Part shown: positions 17,753 to 27,063 of the stretch, piece by piece
Numbering within the stretch: the first letter of the stretch is position 1
Layout of the letters: each line of letters starts with the position of its first letter
Source of the DNA: an uncultured Pseudomonadota bacterium
Lineage (GTDB): Bacteria; Myxococcota_A; Bradymonadia; Bradymonadales; GCA-2716585
Direction of reading: 5' to 3'
Length of the DNA: 64,000 nt
NCBI GenBank assembly: GCA_937890335.1
Contig: CALBXO010000841.1
Span: forward strand, 200 to 64,199
The notes under the pieces: model-generated
Seen by the model: the letters and a program-made list of their open reading frames with translations, nothing else
Told to the model about the DNA's origin: nothing
Databases searched by the model: none
Made by a program: the position numbers and the translations under genes

Positions 17753-20700
17753 GGCACACTCCCGAGGATCGCCGCCGCCAGGTCGTCAAAAGCGCGCCCG
17801 GGCAACGCTGGGACGCCTACGATGGGCCCGTCCAGACGCTGGCCGCCGAAGACCCACGCCTCGTACGGGCCGGGTTCGTGGTCGTCCCGGTTTCGGGCAT
17901 CGGCAAATCTGTCCACGAAGGGCAGCGGGACACGGCGCGCGTCGTGGACGATGTCCATCCAGGCCGCCAACAACGCTCTGGCCTCCTGCTGCGGGGGCAA
18001 TTCGCACTGCCACTCCCCTCCCTTGTGCAGAAGGGTGACGCCGTCCACGGGCGCACCGCTGGCCCGGAGCGCCACGGCCTGCACCCATGCCCCCAGCTTG
18101 TGCTTGCGGCCGGCAGAGGACGAGGTCCATTCACAGACTCGCCCCCCGCGCAGCGACGCGGCACCGTAGAGACGCACGCCGTTGGTGCCGAGGTCCACCC
18201 GGTGAGGCGCTGCGGCAGGCCAAGCAAGAACAGCCCCCGCCATCCCCTCGCACACCGGCAGCACGGACTCCACAAGCAACCTTCCTCGCGTGCCCGCAGG
18301 CACGACGCCGCGGGCTTGGAGGAGTTCGGACGGATCCGCACCCGCGAGCAGCGCGCGGGTAACCTGGGTCTTGAGCTTCCACTGGCCCAGGCCTCCGCTC
18401 CACGACTCGCCATCCAGCGGCTCCGTATCCGAGAGCGGGTCCTCCGCCTCGCGCAGGTAGATGCGCAGCGAGCGCGTGCAGAAGAATTTGATGGGGTTCT
18501 TCAGGCAGGAAATCAGCCGATGCAGCCGCAACTCCACGAGGTCCGGCGGGTCCAACGGCGTCTCCAGAAACGTGTGGGGAGGGTCCTCGGCGCCCCGGCC
18601 ACGCAGCGCAGCCTTAGCGGCGGCACAGTGGTGCTCGTCAAAGCTGCGTCCCGCCAGATAGGGGCCCGCCGCGTAGGGCTGGAGCGGGTGGTCCACGGTC
18701 ACCGCGGCGGCGAGGCCCGGCTGCGCCTCCTCCAGGACATCGAGCAGCTCCGCCACCGGCACCGCCGGAGGTCGCTCCTGACCGTCGCGGGGAGAGCGGG
18801 AGGTCGTGAAGATCTCCAGCCTGTCGCGGGTGCTCAGGACCGTCTCCATAAGCAGAGCCCGGTCGTCCTGTCGCACGTTCACATCGCCATCGCGCGGGTC
18901 GGACGCCATGATGTCGTAGGCCGGTTGCGCGCCCTGCCGCGGGTAGGCGTCCTCGTCCATGCCCACCAGGCAGACCACGCGGAACGGCACGCTGCGCATG
19001 GGGACCATGGCACAGACAGTCACCCCACCTGCCAGGTAGTTGCGCCCCGGCTCTGACAGGCCAAAGCGGTGCTCCACCAGGCTCACGAAGGCGTCCAGCG
19101 GCAGCGGCTCGGTGCAGTGGGTTCCGGCACCGGCCACCTCATCGAGCGCTTGCCGGACGGCGCGCACGGTCCACCCTCCTTTCCCGCACAGATGGGCGAG
19201 CAGCTCCAGAAGCCGCTCCTGCCAGGCTGCCGCGAGGTGGAACCCAGAAAGTCTTTCCCGCGCGCGCGCGAGGCCCTCCACAAAAGAGACCAGCACACCG
19301 ACCAGGTCAGACTCCGCGTCCGGCTCGGCGACGGGCGCCAGACCCAGCACGAGATCGTCGGTCCTCACTGCCAGGCCCAGGAGCATGCGGTCCAGTCCGT
19401 GCTGCCAGGTGAAGTTCTCCAGAGCGGGCAGATCGAGGCTCGCGCGGTGGGTGTCGTCCAGTCCCCAATGAATCGCCGCGTCCCCAGCCAGCTCCCGCAG
19501 GCGAGTCATGGTGTCCGGCTCCACACCCCATTGCAGCGCCACCTCAGGCCGACCGAGCAGGTCGAGCACGCGGGTGACCTCAAACCGTCCGCGCACAAGA
19601 TCCACGGCGTCGAGCAGGGCGCTGGCCGCGGTGTTGCGGACGCGCAGACTGGCGTCTGCCAGGCGCATGGGGATGGCCGGCGACGCCGCCCCGCGATCCA
19701 AGCGCAGCGCGGCGCGGATGAGGGGCCCAAAGCGGTCGATGTCCGGCGTCATCACCAGCACATCGCGCGGTTGAAGGCCGTCGTCCTCAAAGGCCTCCAG
19801 CAACACGTCGCGCAGCGCCTCCACCTGCCGCTGCTCGCCACCACATCGGTGGACACGGATGGTCGGCGCCGACCCCGCCACAATGGGCTGCGCGGGCTGA
19901 TTGGGCGCAGCGAGCGCGCGCTGCACGGCACCGAGCACGCCCTTCGCCGGCGGCGGCCCAAACAGCTCCACGCGCTCGGCGCCTGCAAAGTGATGGTCGA
20001 GCAGCCGGCCGAACGCCGCCGCCTGCGCCCCGAGCGAGTGGTGCAGCGGGTGGCCGCGCAGCGCCCCTGGCCGGAGCACAAACAGCTCCAGCGGCACCTC
20101 CCCACCCGCCGCCGCGAGCAGCTCCATCACCGCCGGCGGCAGGATCCCCGGACAGAACACGGCGAGTCGTCCCGGCAGCGCGCGCCGATCGAGCGCCAGG
20201 CCGTCCCCGCTCCCAAAAGGACTCGCCGGCGGCACCGATCGGGGCGCTGGGCCGTCCTTGCGGGCCCCAGCGTCGGGCTCGCCTGAGCGCCGGCACACAA
20301 AGAGATGCCACAGCGTCTGCTGCCACCCCTGGCCCGGTCCCCACGCCTGTATCTCCTGAGGACGGTACAGCGCGTACCGCTCAAAGCGCGGCGCGAGGTC
20401 CAGAGCCAGCTGGGAGAGACGACGACTCTGGTACGCCGGGCCGTCTGCGAGGGACCACGTCTCCACCTCCGGCAACGCGGGCATGTGGTGGAGCAGAAGC
20501 GCCAACAGATCCCAGACCAGACGCTGACGAGACCACGCCTCGCCGCCGCCACAGAGCCTCTCCACGAGCTCCATCGGCTGAAGGAACTCGACCCCGGCAC
20601 AGACCCCCGTCTGGTGCGCCAACTGCTGCTCAATCCAGGTCCCAAGCCCGTTGGAATGAACCAGTACCACGTCCTGGACCAGAGGCCGCGCAGGCGTGGA

Positions 20701-20763
20701 CAGGAAACGCGCAAGCCCCTCCACGAGGAGCTCGGTCAGGTCGGAACAAAGAATTCGCGTCAT
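17749..20763 (-). CDS. recC: Exodeoxyribonuclease V gamma subunit RecC, copy 1
   Basis: About 1000 aa encoded immediately upstream of, and overlapping, recB. The N-terminus MTRILCSDLTELLVEGL resembles the RecC N-terminus. The track start at 20790 is a TTG; ATG 20763 is preferred. Confidence 0.8.
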   Translation of the reverse strand: MTRILCSDLTELLVEGLARFLSTPARPLVQDVVLVHSNGLGTWIEQQLAHQTGVCAGVEFLQPMELVERLCGGGEAWSRQRLVWDLLALLLHHMPALPEVETWSLADGPAYQSRRLSQLALDLAPRFERYALYRPQEIQAWGPGQGWQQTLWHLFVCRRSGEPDAGARKDGPAPRSVPPASPFGSGDGLALDRRALPGRLAVFCPGILPPAVMELLAAAGGEVPLELFVLRPGALRGHPLHHSLGAQAAAFGRLLDHHFAGAERVELFGPPPAKGVLGAVQRALAAPNQPAQPIVAGSAPTIRVHRCGGEQRQVEALRDVLLEAFEDDGLQPRDVLVMTPDIDRFGPLIRAALRLDRGAASPAIPMRLADASLRVRNTAASALLDAVDLVRGRFEVTRVLDLLGRPEVALQWGVEPDTMTRLRELAGDAAIHWGLDDTHRASLDLPALENFTWQHGLDRMLLGLAVRTDDLVLGLAPVAEPDAESDLVGVLVSFVEGLARARERLSGFHLAAAWQERLLELLAHLCGKGGWTVRAVRQALDEVAGAGTHCTEPLPLDAFVSLVEHRFGLSEPGRNYLAGGVTVCAMVPMRSVPFRVVCLVGMDEDAYPRQGAQPAYDIMASDPRDGDVNVRQDDRALLMETVLSTRDRLEIFTTSRSPRDGQERPPAVPVAELLDVLEEAQPGLAAAVTVDHPLQPYAAGPYLAGRSFDEHHCAAAKAALRGRGAEDPPHTFLETPLDPPDLVELRLHRLISCLKNPIKFFCTRSLRIYLREAEDPLSDTEPLDGESWSGGLGQWKLKTQVTRALLAGADPSELLQARGVVPAGTRGRLLVESVLPVCEGMAGAVLAWPAAAPHRVDLGTNGVRLYGAASLRGGRVCEWTSSSAGRKHKLGAWVQAVALRASGAPVDGVTLLHKGGEWQCELPPQQEARALLAAWMDIVHDARRVPLPFVDRFADARNRDDHEPGPYEAWVFGGQRLDGPIVGVPALPGRAFDDLAAAILGSVP

Positions 20764-20947
20764 CGGCAATTTTTTCAGGTGGAGCCGCAAACCTACGCCG
20801 CCCGCCCCCCGTGGTCAACGGATTCCCAGCCTGCCTCGGCCGTCCGACATCCAGTGTCGCACGCGCCCATCACGAGCGTCGGGACCGGGAGCCCGACCTG
20901 TGTTCGTGGGGCGGGAGGCGGGCCGGCCTTTGAGACGCCCTTAACGA

Positions 20948-22168
20948 TCAGACCTTGCCGAACAACAGTGATGTGTTGATGCCGCCGAACGCGAAGTTGT
21001 TGCTGGCGACGACGCTCAGCTTGATGTCGCGGGGCTCGCCAACCACGTAGTCCAGAGCTGCGCAGTCCGGATCGGCCGTGTCCAGGTTGCGGGTCGGGGG
21101 CACGAATCCGTCGCGAAGCATCGCGAGGCAAAAGATGGATTCAACTGCGCCGCAGGCGCCCAGCGTATGGGCCGTGTGCCCTTTGGTGGAGCTGATTGGC
21201 ACGTCCCCGCCGTACACGGACTGTGTCGCCAGGGACTCGCAGATGTCCCCGACTTTCGTAGCGGTCGCGTGCGCGTTGATGTACTGCACCGATGAGGCGT
21301 CGAGTCTGGCGTCCTCGAGTGCCAGGCGCATTGCAGCTGACATCCCATCCACGGATGGGGACGTGATGTGTTGGCCGTCGCAGCTCGTGCCGTAGCCCAG
21401 AACTTCGGCGTGAATGTGGGCGCCCCGCGCGCGGGCACGTTCGTAACTCTCGAGAATAAGAGTACCGGCGCCCTCACCCACCACCAGTCCATCGCGGTCG
21501 GCGTCAAAAGGCCGAGGGGAGCGCTCGGGGGCATCGTTGAACGAGGTCGAGGTAGCGTAGAGGAGATCGAAGACGCCGGAGTGCGTAAAGTGAAGCTCCT
21601 CGGCGCCCCCGCAGACCATGATATCCTGCTGGCCAAACTTGATGGCCTCGTATCCGTAGCCGATGCCCTGGCTGCCGCTCGTACAGGCAGAGCAGGTCGT
21701 GTGAATCCTCCCGCGAATCCCATAGAAGATGGCGAGATTGGCCGCGCAGGTGTGGCTCATGAACTTGATGTACGTGCTCGGCGTGAGACCCGCCAGGCTG
21801 TTGCTCTCGAACAGTTGCCGGCAGAACGCCTCAAGCGACGACGAGGACCCGTGGGTGGATCCATATGAGACTCCGGTTCGTCCGCTGGTCAGGTCGTCCG
21901 AGGTCAGACCGGCGTCCGCGACGGCCTGCTCGGTCGCGTGGAGACTCAAAAGGGCGACCCGGCCCATGCCGCGCACCTTCTTGCGCGCAAAGCTCAGCTC
22001 GAGTCCGTCGACCGGTGCCGCGAGGCGAGTCGACAGGTTCCCAATCCGGTCCCAGTCCTCCATGTACCGAACACCGTGCTGGCCGGACTGCAGGGCCGCC
22101 GAGACCTCGTCCAGGTGATTGCCGATGGGCGAGCTGATACCGATCCCGGTGACGACGACTCGATTCAC
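20948..22168 (-). CDS. Beta-ketoacyl-ACP synthase (FabF/FabB-like KS), last gene of the APE-type cluster, copy 1
   Basis: Active-site blocks [11 protein letters not shown] (Cys), NAHATAT (His), [14 protein letters not shown] (His) and C-terminal [12 protein letters not shown]. Confidence 0.9.
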   Translation of the reverse strand: MNRVVVTGIGISSPIGNHLDEVSAALQSGQHGVRYMEDWDRIGNLSTRLAAPVDGLELSFARKKVRGMGRVALLSLHATEQAVADAGLTSDDLTSGRTGVSYGSTHGSSSSLEAFCRQLFESNSLAGLTPSTYIKFMSHTCAANLAIFYGIRGRIHTTCSACTSGSQGIGYGYEAIKFGQQDIMVCGGAEELHFTHSGVFDLLYATSTSFNDAPERSPRPFDADRDGLVVGEGAGTLILESYERARARGAHIHAEVLGYGTSCDGQHITSPSVDGMSAAMRLALEDARLDASSVQYINAHATATKVGDICESLATQSVYGGDVPISSTKGHTAHTLGACGAVESIFCLAMLRDGFVPPTRNLDTADPDCAALDYVVGEPRDIKLSVVASNNFAFGGINTSLLFGKV

Positions 22169-22887
22169 GACAGTCCTCCATCAATGCTGATAACCTGCCC
22201 CGTGATGTACCCCGCTTCGGGGCGACACAGAAATGCGATCAAGTCAGCGACCTCCGAGGGTTGGCCCAGGCGCCGCATGGGGATCATCTTGAGAATGGTA
22301 TCGACAGGGGCACCCTCGATCATGTCGGTCTCGATGAGGCCCGGAGCGACGGCGTTGACCGTCACGCCCCGCTTGGCCACTTCCAAGGCCAGCGCCCGTG
22401 TCGCGCCGAGGATCCCCGCCTTGGCGGCTGCGTAGTTGACCTGGCCGCGGTTGCCCCGAAGCGCAGAGACGCTCGACAGGTTCACGATCCTGCCGTGCCG
22501 CCGCCGCACCATGGGCATCACGAGCGGCTGGGTCACGTTGTAGAAACCGCCCAGCGTGGTTCTCAGAACATCGTCCCACTGCTCGGGCTCCATCGCCGGA
22601 AACGGCATATCTCGGACCACGCCCGCGTTGTTGACTACGATGTTGATGTGGAGATCTTCCTCGAGGAGCGCGTCCACGGCGGCGCCGGCCGCAGCGCGGT
22701 CTCCCACGTCAAACTCGAGCAGCCGCACCTCAACTGCGCACGCCTCTTTGATCTGGGCCTGGACGGCTTCGGCCATCGCCCGGTTGGTGCGGTAGTTGAG
22801 CAGGATGGAATGGCCGTCCGCCGCCAGGCGCCGTGCCACAGCCGCACCAATCCCGCGGCTCGCTCCGGTTACGAGGGCCCAGCTCAT
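22165..22887 (-). CDS. 3-oxoacyl-ACP reductase (FabG-like SDR ketoreductase), copy 1
   Basis: Start [17 protein letters not shown] (TGxxxGIG), NNAG, and S...YAAAKAG catalytic residues. ATGA overlap with the upstream DH stop (22884-22887). The track ORF to 23604 is an antisense-type extension. Confidence 0.9.
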   Translation of the reverse strand: MSWALVTGASRGIGAAVARRLAADGHSILLNYRTNRAMAEAVQAQIKEACAVEVRLLEFDVGDRAAAGAAVDALLEEDLHINIVVNNAGVVRDMPFPAMEPEQWDDVLRTTLGGFYNVTQPLVMPMVRRRHGRIVNLSSVSALRGNRGQVNYAAAKAGILGATRALALEVAKRGVTVNAVAPGLIETDMIEGAPVDTILKMIPMRRLGQPSEVADLIAFLCRPEAGYITGQVISIDGGLS

Positions 22888-23330
22888 CGAGTCCTGGCTA
22901 GTTTCCATACCTCTCCCATGACCACGTTGAGGCGAGCCGTTGCGACCAGCTCGGTCCCCACATGCGCGGTGGTCTCGAACACGGCCAGCGCATCGTCCCC
23001 ACCCCACACGAGCGTGGCCTCTTGTACGACACGCTCGCCAACAGCCAGCCACTGGCGGTGCAGCGTCATTCGACGGCACCCAAGCAAAAGCCCCGGCTGG
23101 ACCGGGCTTCCCACACTCTGACACTTGAGCCCCGCAAACACCCCGACGCACTGAGCCATGTACTCGATGCTGACCAGCGCAGGCACACCTTCCGGCTCCA
23201 GGAACAGCGACTCCTCCCGAATCGTCGTCGCCGCCACAGCCCGCACACCATCGAAGTCCACGACCTCGTCCAACAGGACCATGGGATGGTCGTGCGGAAG
23301 GAGGTCTGCGGGGGACGGATACTGGCTCAT
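22884..23330 (-). CDS. Hot-dog fold 3-hydroxyacyl-ACP dehydratase (APE-cluster DH), copy 1
   Basis: [23 protein letters not shown], the N-terminal block typical of FabA/FabZ-like dehydratases in aryl-polyene clusters. ATGA overlap with the upstream gene. Confidence 0.8.
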   Translation of the reverse strand: MSQYPSPADLLPHDHPMVLLDEVVDFDGVRAVAATTIREESLFLEPEGVPALVSIEYMAQCVGVFAGLKCQSVGSPVQPGLLLGCRRMTLHRQWLAVGERVVQEATLVWGGDDALAVFETTAHVGTELVATARLNVVMGEVWKLARTR

Positions 23331-23983
23331 GACGCGACTCCGACCACGCCAAACCAATCCGCCCCGAGCCGCACAGTCCCGTTTCCCTCGTCGACAGCGC
23401 GCAGCAGCTCCAACGTGGCCTGCGCCGGCACAACTTCACCTCCACCGGCCGCGCCAAACCTTCGCACGAGCTCGAGTGTGGGTCCCCCGGACCCCTGGGC
23501 CTCCAAACGCAGGGCCACCGCGCCAGACCGATGGTCGCTCGCGTACAGACCCGCGGGCCAATCCAACTCCGCGAGGATAACACCGACGACCGGAGCGCCA
23601 CCATGGAGGAGTCCGAGCGCCTCGAGCAGAGTCATCGCCAGCGTATCAGCGCCGGCAGCGATCGCTGTGGTGTTGGCCGTGTTCCCGCATGCGATGGCCA
23701 GCGTACTCACCGCGGCGTTGTGAACGCTCGTCTGGAACCGCAGCGGCGACAGCTCGCCGTCCGCGTCACCCATCATGTCGAGCAGTGTCACCGTTGTGTC
23801 GATTTCGCCGAGGACGGAGCCGAAGACGAGGGGGAGCGGTCGGAGGATCATTTCTCCACAGGCCTTTTCGAGTGCCGCGCCAGCCATCCGGGCAATCGAC
23901 GTGGCACGTCGATAGTGTCTCTGGGGAATGAGGCTCCATGTCGGATCGCTGACGGCGCACTGACCCGTCCCAGTGACGATCAC
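23327..23983 (-). CDS. Short KS-like subunit (chain-length-factor-type partner of the adjacent KS), copy 1
   Basis: GTG start gives (M)[11 protein letters not shown], a KS-like N-terminus. About 218 aa, lacking the His-His catalytic blocks. GTGA overlap with the upstream KS stop (23980-23983). The position matches the CLF-like gene in APE clusters. Confidence 0.6.
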   Translation of the reverse strand: MIVTGTGQCAVSDPTWSLIPQRHYRRATSIARMAGAALEKACGEMILRPLPLVFGSVLGEIDTTVTLLDMMGDADGELSPLRFQTSVHNAAVSTLAIACGNTANTTAIAAGADTLAMTLLEALGLLHGGAPVVGVILAELDWPAGLYASDHRSGAVALRLEAQGSGGPTLELVRRFGAAGGGEVVPAQATLELLRAVDEGNGTVRLGADWFGVVGVAS

Positions 23984-25137
23984 GCCGGCACCTCGAGCAC
24001 AACGGCGGCATTGCTCCCGCCAAATCCAAAGCTGTTGCTGAGGGCAAGACGGCCGGCCACTCGCTGCGCCGATTCGGACACTGGAATCCCAAGCAGCTCG
24101 TCCAATGGCTCCGCGCCGAGCGTCCCAGGTATCTGCTGCGCTTCGAGGCATAGGATCGTGAACACGGCCTCGGTAGCGCCCGCCGCGCCGAGCTGGTGCC
24201 CCGTTAATGGCTTGGTGGAGACCACGGGCGGCACCTGGCCGAACACCCGCCGCAACGCGAGCGCCTCCGAAGCGTCGTTGTGGAGAGTTCCGGTCCCGTG
24301 GGCGTTGATGAACGCGATGTCACATGCCTCTACTTCGGCCTCGATGAGCGCGCGGGAGATGGCCGAGGACGCGCCCTCAGCCTCGGGGTGCGGGGCCGTC
24401 ATATGGTATGCATCGGTGGTCTCGCCCACGCCGCGCACGGTGGCCCTGGCGACGCCGCTGCGCTCCATCAACAGCCAGGCTCCACCCTCGCCGAGATTGA
24501 TGCCATCGCGCCCGGCAGAGAACGGGCGGCAGCGGTGCGCGGAGAGGATTTTCAGGGACGCGAAACCGCGCAGCGTGAAGTCGCACAGAGAATCGACACC
24601 ACCCACGAGGCAGGCATCTGCGAAGCCCAGGTCGAGCATTCGCGCCGCGGAAGCCAGCGCCTTCGCGCTCGACGTACACGCGGTTGAGACAACATAGCGC
24701 GGCCCAGACAGTCCGGTCTGCAGCGCAATCAGCTCCGGGACTACGTGGAACGGATGGCGGTGGGCCAGACCCCGCGCCGCGGGGATGTGGCCCTCGTGCT
24801 CGGCGTACAGTCTCTCAAGGGTGTCCATCCCACCGGTCGTCGTGCCCAGCACGAGCCCGACGCGCTCGGCGCCCCATCGATCGATCGCCACGTGGAGGCC
24901 GTCCAGAAGGTCTGACATCGAGGCGAGCGCCAACCGGGCCTGCCGCGCGTCATAGATGGCCATCGAATGAGGCAATTCCGGCAGCTTCCCTACGCGACCG
25001 ACCCAGCTCGTCTGCGTTCCCACAGCCTCTTTGCGCAGGCCCGACCGCCCCGCAAGCAGCGCGTCACGCACCTCGTCGGTGTCGGAGCCAAGAGCATTGG
25101 CCACTGAGATGTGAGTGATGGGAAATCGACCGATCAT
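23980..25137 (-). CDS. Beta-ketoacyl-ACP synthase (KS), copy 1
   Basis: VVSTACTSSAKAL (Cys), NAHGTGT (His), STKPLTGHQLGAAG (His), NSFGFGGSNAAV. Start MIGRFPITHISV is preceded by GAGGG. Confidence 0.85.
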   Translation of the reverse strand: MIGRFPITHISVANALGSDTDEVRDALLAGRSGLRKEAVGTQTSWVGRVGKLPELPHSMAIYDARQARLALASMSDLLDGLHVAIDRWGAERVGLVLGTTTGGMDTLERLYAEHEGHIPAARGLAHRHPFHVVPELIALQTGLSGPRYVVSTACTSSAKALASAARMLDLGFADACLVGGVDSLCDFTLRGFASLKILSAHRCRPFSAGRDGINLGEGGAWLLMERSGVARATVRGVGETTDAYHMTAPHPEAEGASSAISRALIEAEVEACDIAFINAHGTGTLHNDASEALALRRVFGQVPPVVSTKPLTGHQLGAAGATEAVFTILCLEAQQIPGTLGAEPLDELLGIPVSESAQRVAGRLALSNSFGFGGSNAAVVLEVPA

Positions 25138-25200
25138 CTTTCCCTCTGCTCTACCATAGAGGCCACAGCACGGCAACGGCGACCAGGTCCTCCGTGTATC

Positions 25201-26436
25201 TCAGGGATCCTGAAACTGGGCCTTGAGCCGCATGGCCTGCGCCGCCTTGCGCTCCAAGCGCTGGCGCGGCCTGACGACGAATGGATTGGCGTCGTCCCAC
25301 ACGTAGCCCGCAAGAATCGATGTGATCTGGCTTGTCATCTGCGGGCTGCGAAAATCAGCGTGGATCAGCTCTGGCAGGGTGCCGGCGTACCACCCATCGA
25401 CAAACGTGCCAAACACCGCGACGCCTCGACGCAGCCAGGCGTCGTAGTCGCCATCCCAATCCACCTTGTCCCCCGCCAGGTTCCGGACCACGAGCTCGGC
25501 GGCCCGGTGCGCCGACGCCACCGCCAGCGTCACGCCGGAGGAGAAGATGGGATCGAGGAAACCCGCGGAGTTCCCCACGAGCGCGTAGCCCGGGCCAAAG
25601 GTCCGCGTCACCGCCGACCCAAACCCCGAGACGGAGCGCGGCGGCATCGCGAACGGACGGCCACCGACGCGTTCCACCAACTTTGGCGAGCTCGCCAACA
25701 GCCTGGCGAACGCAGTGGCGGGGTCGCCCGCGACCTCTTCCTGCGGACCCACGAATCCCACTGAGGTTTTGCCACGCAGAGGAATGACCCACGCCCAGAC
25801 TCGCTCAAGACTCACGATCCAGATGCGGCCGTCGTCGCGACCGTCCAGGCCGTCACCTTCTACGTGGGCAAAGACGCTGCCGCGCCGGGGGCCGGTGCTG
25901 GGCACGCAGAGATCCAGCAAGCGCGGCAGGACGCGGGCGGGACCGGTGGCATCAATGACGAACCGCGCTTCCATCACACGCTGACCCAATGCGGAGTCAC
26001 ACGTCAGCCGCGGCCGTACACCGGGCTCGAAACCCGTGACAGTCCACCCGAAACGGAGATCTGCCCCTGCGGCAGCCGCAGCGTCAGACATCGCGGTGTC
26101 AAAGTCGGCACGCTCGACCTGCCACGTCCACCCCCAACTCGCAGCGGACGCGTGCTCGAACGAAATCACCGCGCGGCTGTCCCCACGCAAGAAGGTGGCG
26201 CCCGGCTTGCGCACATAGCCGCGTGCGCCGAGGGCCTCCACCATCCCCACCCGGTCCAGATAGTCCATGCATTGGGGCAGAAGGCTCTCGCCCAGCGCGA
26301 AGCGCGGAAACTGGGCGCGCTCCAGGACACAGACCTCGACCCCAGCCTTGCGCAAGGTAAGCGCGGCCATCGACCCGGCCGGGCCTGCGCCGACGACGAC
26401 CACGTCGATTCGTTCGTTGCGCTCCTCGACTGTCAC
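25201..26436 (-). CDS. FAD-dependent halogenase-type oxidoreductase, copy 1
   Basis: GTG start overlapping the upstream stop. Dinucleotide fold VVVVGAGPAGSMAAL. WxWxIP-type motif VWAWVIPL and FLDPIFSSG (Fx.Px.Sx.G) motif. Confidence 0.75.
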   Translation of the reverse strand: MTVEERNERIDVVVVGAGPAGSMAALTLRKAGVEVCVLERAQFPRFALGESLLPQCMDYLDRVGMVEALGARGYVRKPGATFLRGDSRAVISFEHASAASWGWTWQVERADFDTAMSDAAAAAGADLRFGWTVTGFEPGVRPRLTCDSALGQRVMEARFVIDATGPARVLPRLLDLCVPSTGPRRGSVFAHVEGDGLDGRDDGRIWIVSLERVWAWVIPLRGKTSVGFVGPQEEVAGDPATAFARLLASSPKLVERVGGRPFAMPPRSVSGFGSAVTRTFGPGYALVGNSAGFLDPIFSSGVTLAVASAHRAAELVVRNLAGDKVDWDGDYDAWLRRGVAVFGTFVDGWYAGTLPELIHADFRSPQMTSQITSILAGYVWDDANPFVVRPRQRLERKAAQAMRLKAQFQDP

Positions 26437-27023
26437 GGCCCGGAGTTCTCCAATGTCTGGAAAGTCAGCGCTACGACGTCGAGGATGTAGCCGCGACCCC
26501 CGTGGGTCAAACGAGAGTGGCGCGGAGGCGCGCCGGCCCGTGCACCCCCCTCGAACTCGACGACGACTCCGTCCTCGAACTCGCGACGCATGACGCGACC
26601 GTCGCTCCACAATTCCTCGACCCACATGGAGTGCGACCGGAACCGGTGCAAGCCATCGGGTTGCACCATGTGCGGATCTCCAGTGAGCAGCAACCGATGC
26701 ACGTCCTGAAGAAGGAAGGCCGGCGGGAAGGGCCAGCGCTGGTCACCCAGGTACATCTGCGCGTCGATCGCCGTCCCGGTCTGGACCACGGAGAACACGC
26801 GCACGCCCTGGGGCCCGAGCCCAATCACCGTGAGACGATCGCCCACCTTCTCTACGACGCAGTCGACGGCGAGCGCGCGACCGTCGTAGTCACCCGAGAG
26901 CGACTGCCGCGTCGAGAAGTCCAGTGGGTACTGCGCCGGCGCCGCGAGCGCCGGGGCCTGCACCGCCGGCGGAACCGTGGCGCAGCTTGCGACCAGCAGC
27001 AACAGCGCAACGCACGCTTTCAT
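26433..27023 (-). CDS. Small lipoprotein (DUF3261-like position in APE clusters), copy 1
   Basis: MKACVALLLLVASC lipobox signal. About 196 aa. Sits between the MMPL exporter and the FAD enzyme, as in APE loci. Confidence 0.6.
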   Translation of the reverse strand: MKACVALLLLVASCATVPPAVQAPALAAPAQYPLDFSTRQSLSGDYDGRALAVDCVVEKVGDRLTVIGLGPQGVRVFSVVQTGTAIDAQMYLGDQRWPFPPAFLLQDVHRLLLTGDPHMVQPDGLHRFRSHSMWVEELWSDGRVMRREFEDGVVVEFEGGARAGAPPRHSRLTHGGRGYILDVVALTFQTLENSGP

Positions 27024-27063
27024 GTGGCCCTCCGCAACAGGGGGAGAATCTGTACACATTCTC

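Noticed and set aside
20878-20897. Hairpin GTCGGG-N8-CCCGAC in the 157-bp spacer between the last KS gene and recC
   Set aside because: The stem is only 6 bp and has no U-tract. It could occur by chance in GC-rich DNA. The AT-rich GAAAAAATTG patch at 20766-20778 just upstream of the recC ATG is likewise suggestive, but there is not enough evidence to call it a promoter.
22165-23604. Long N-terminal extensions of track ORFs (22165..23604, 25201..26625, 26433..27209, 3665..5179, 8718..12038, 23327..24151)
   Set aside because: The extensions run through the upstream gene in another frame and are low-complexity. Internal ATG, GTG or TTG starts give canonical N-termini (signal peptides, Rossmann folds) and 4-nt overlaps with the upstream stop codons.
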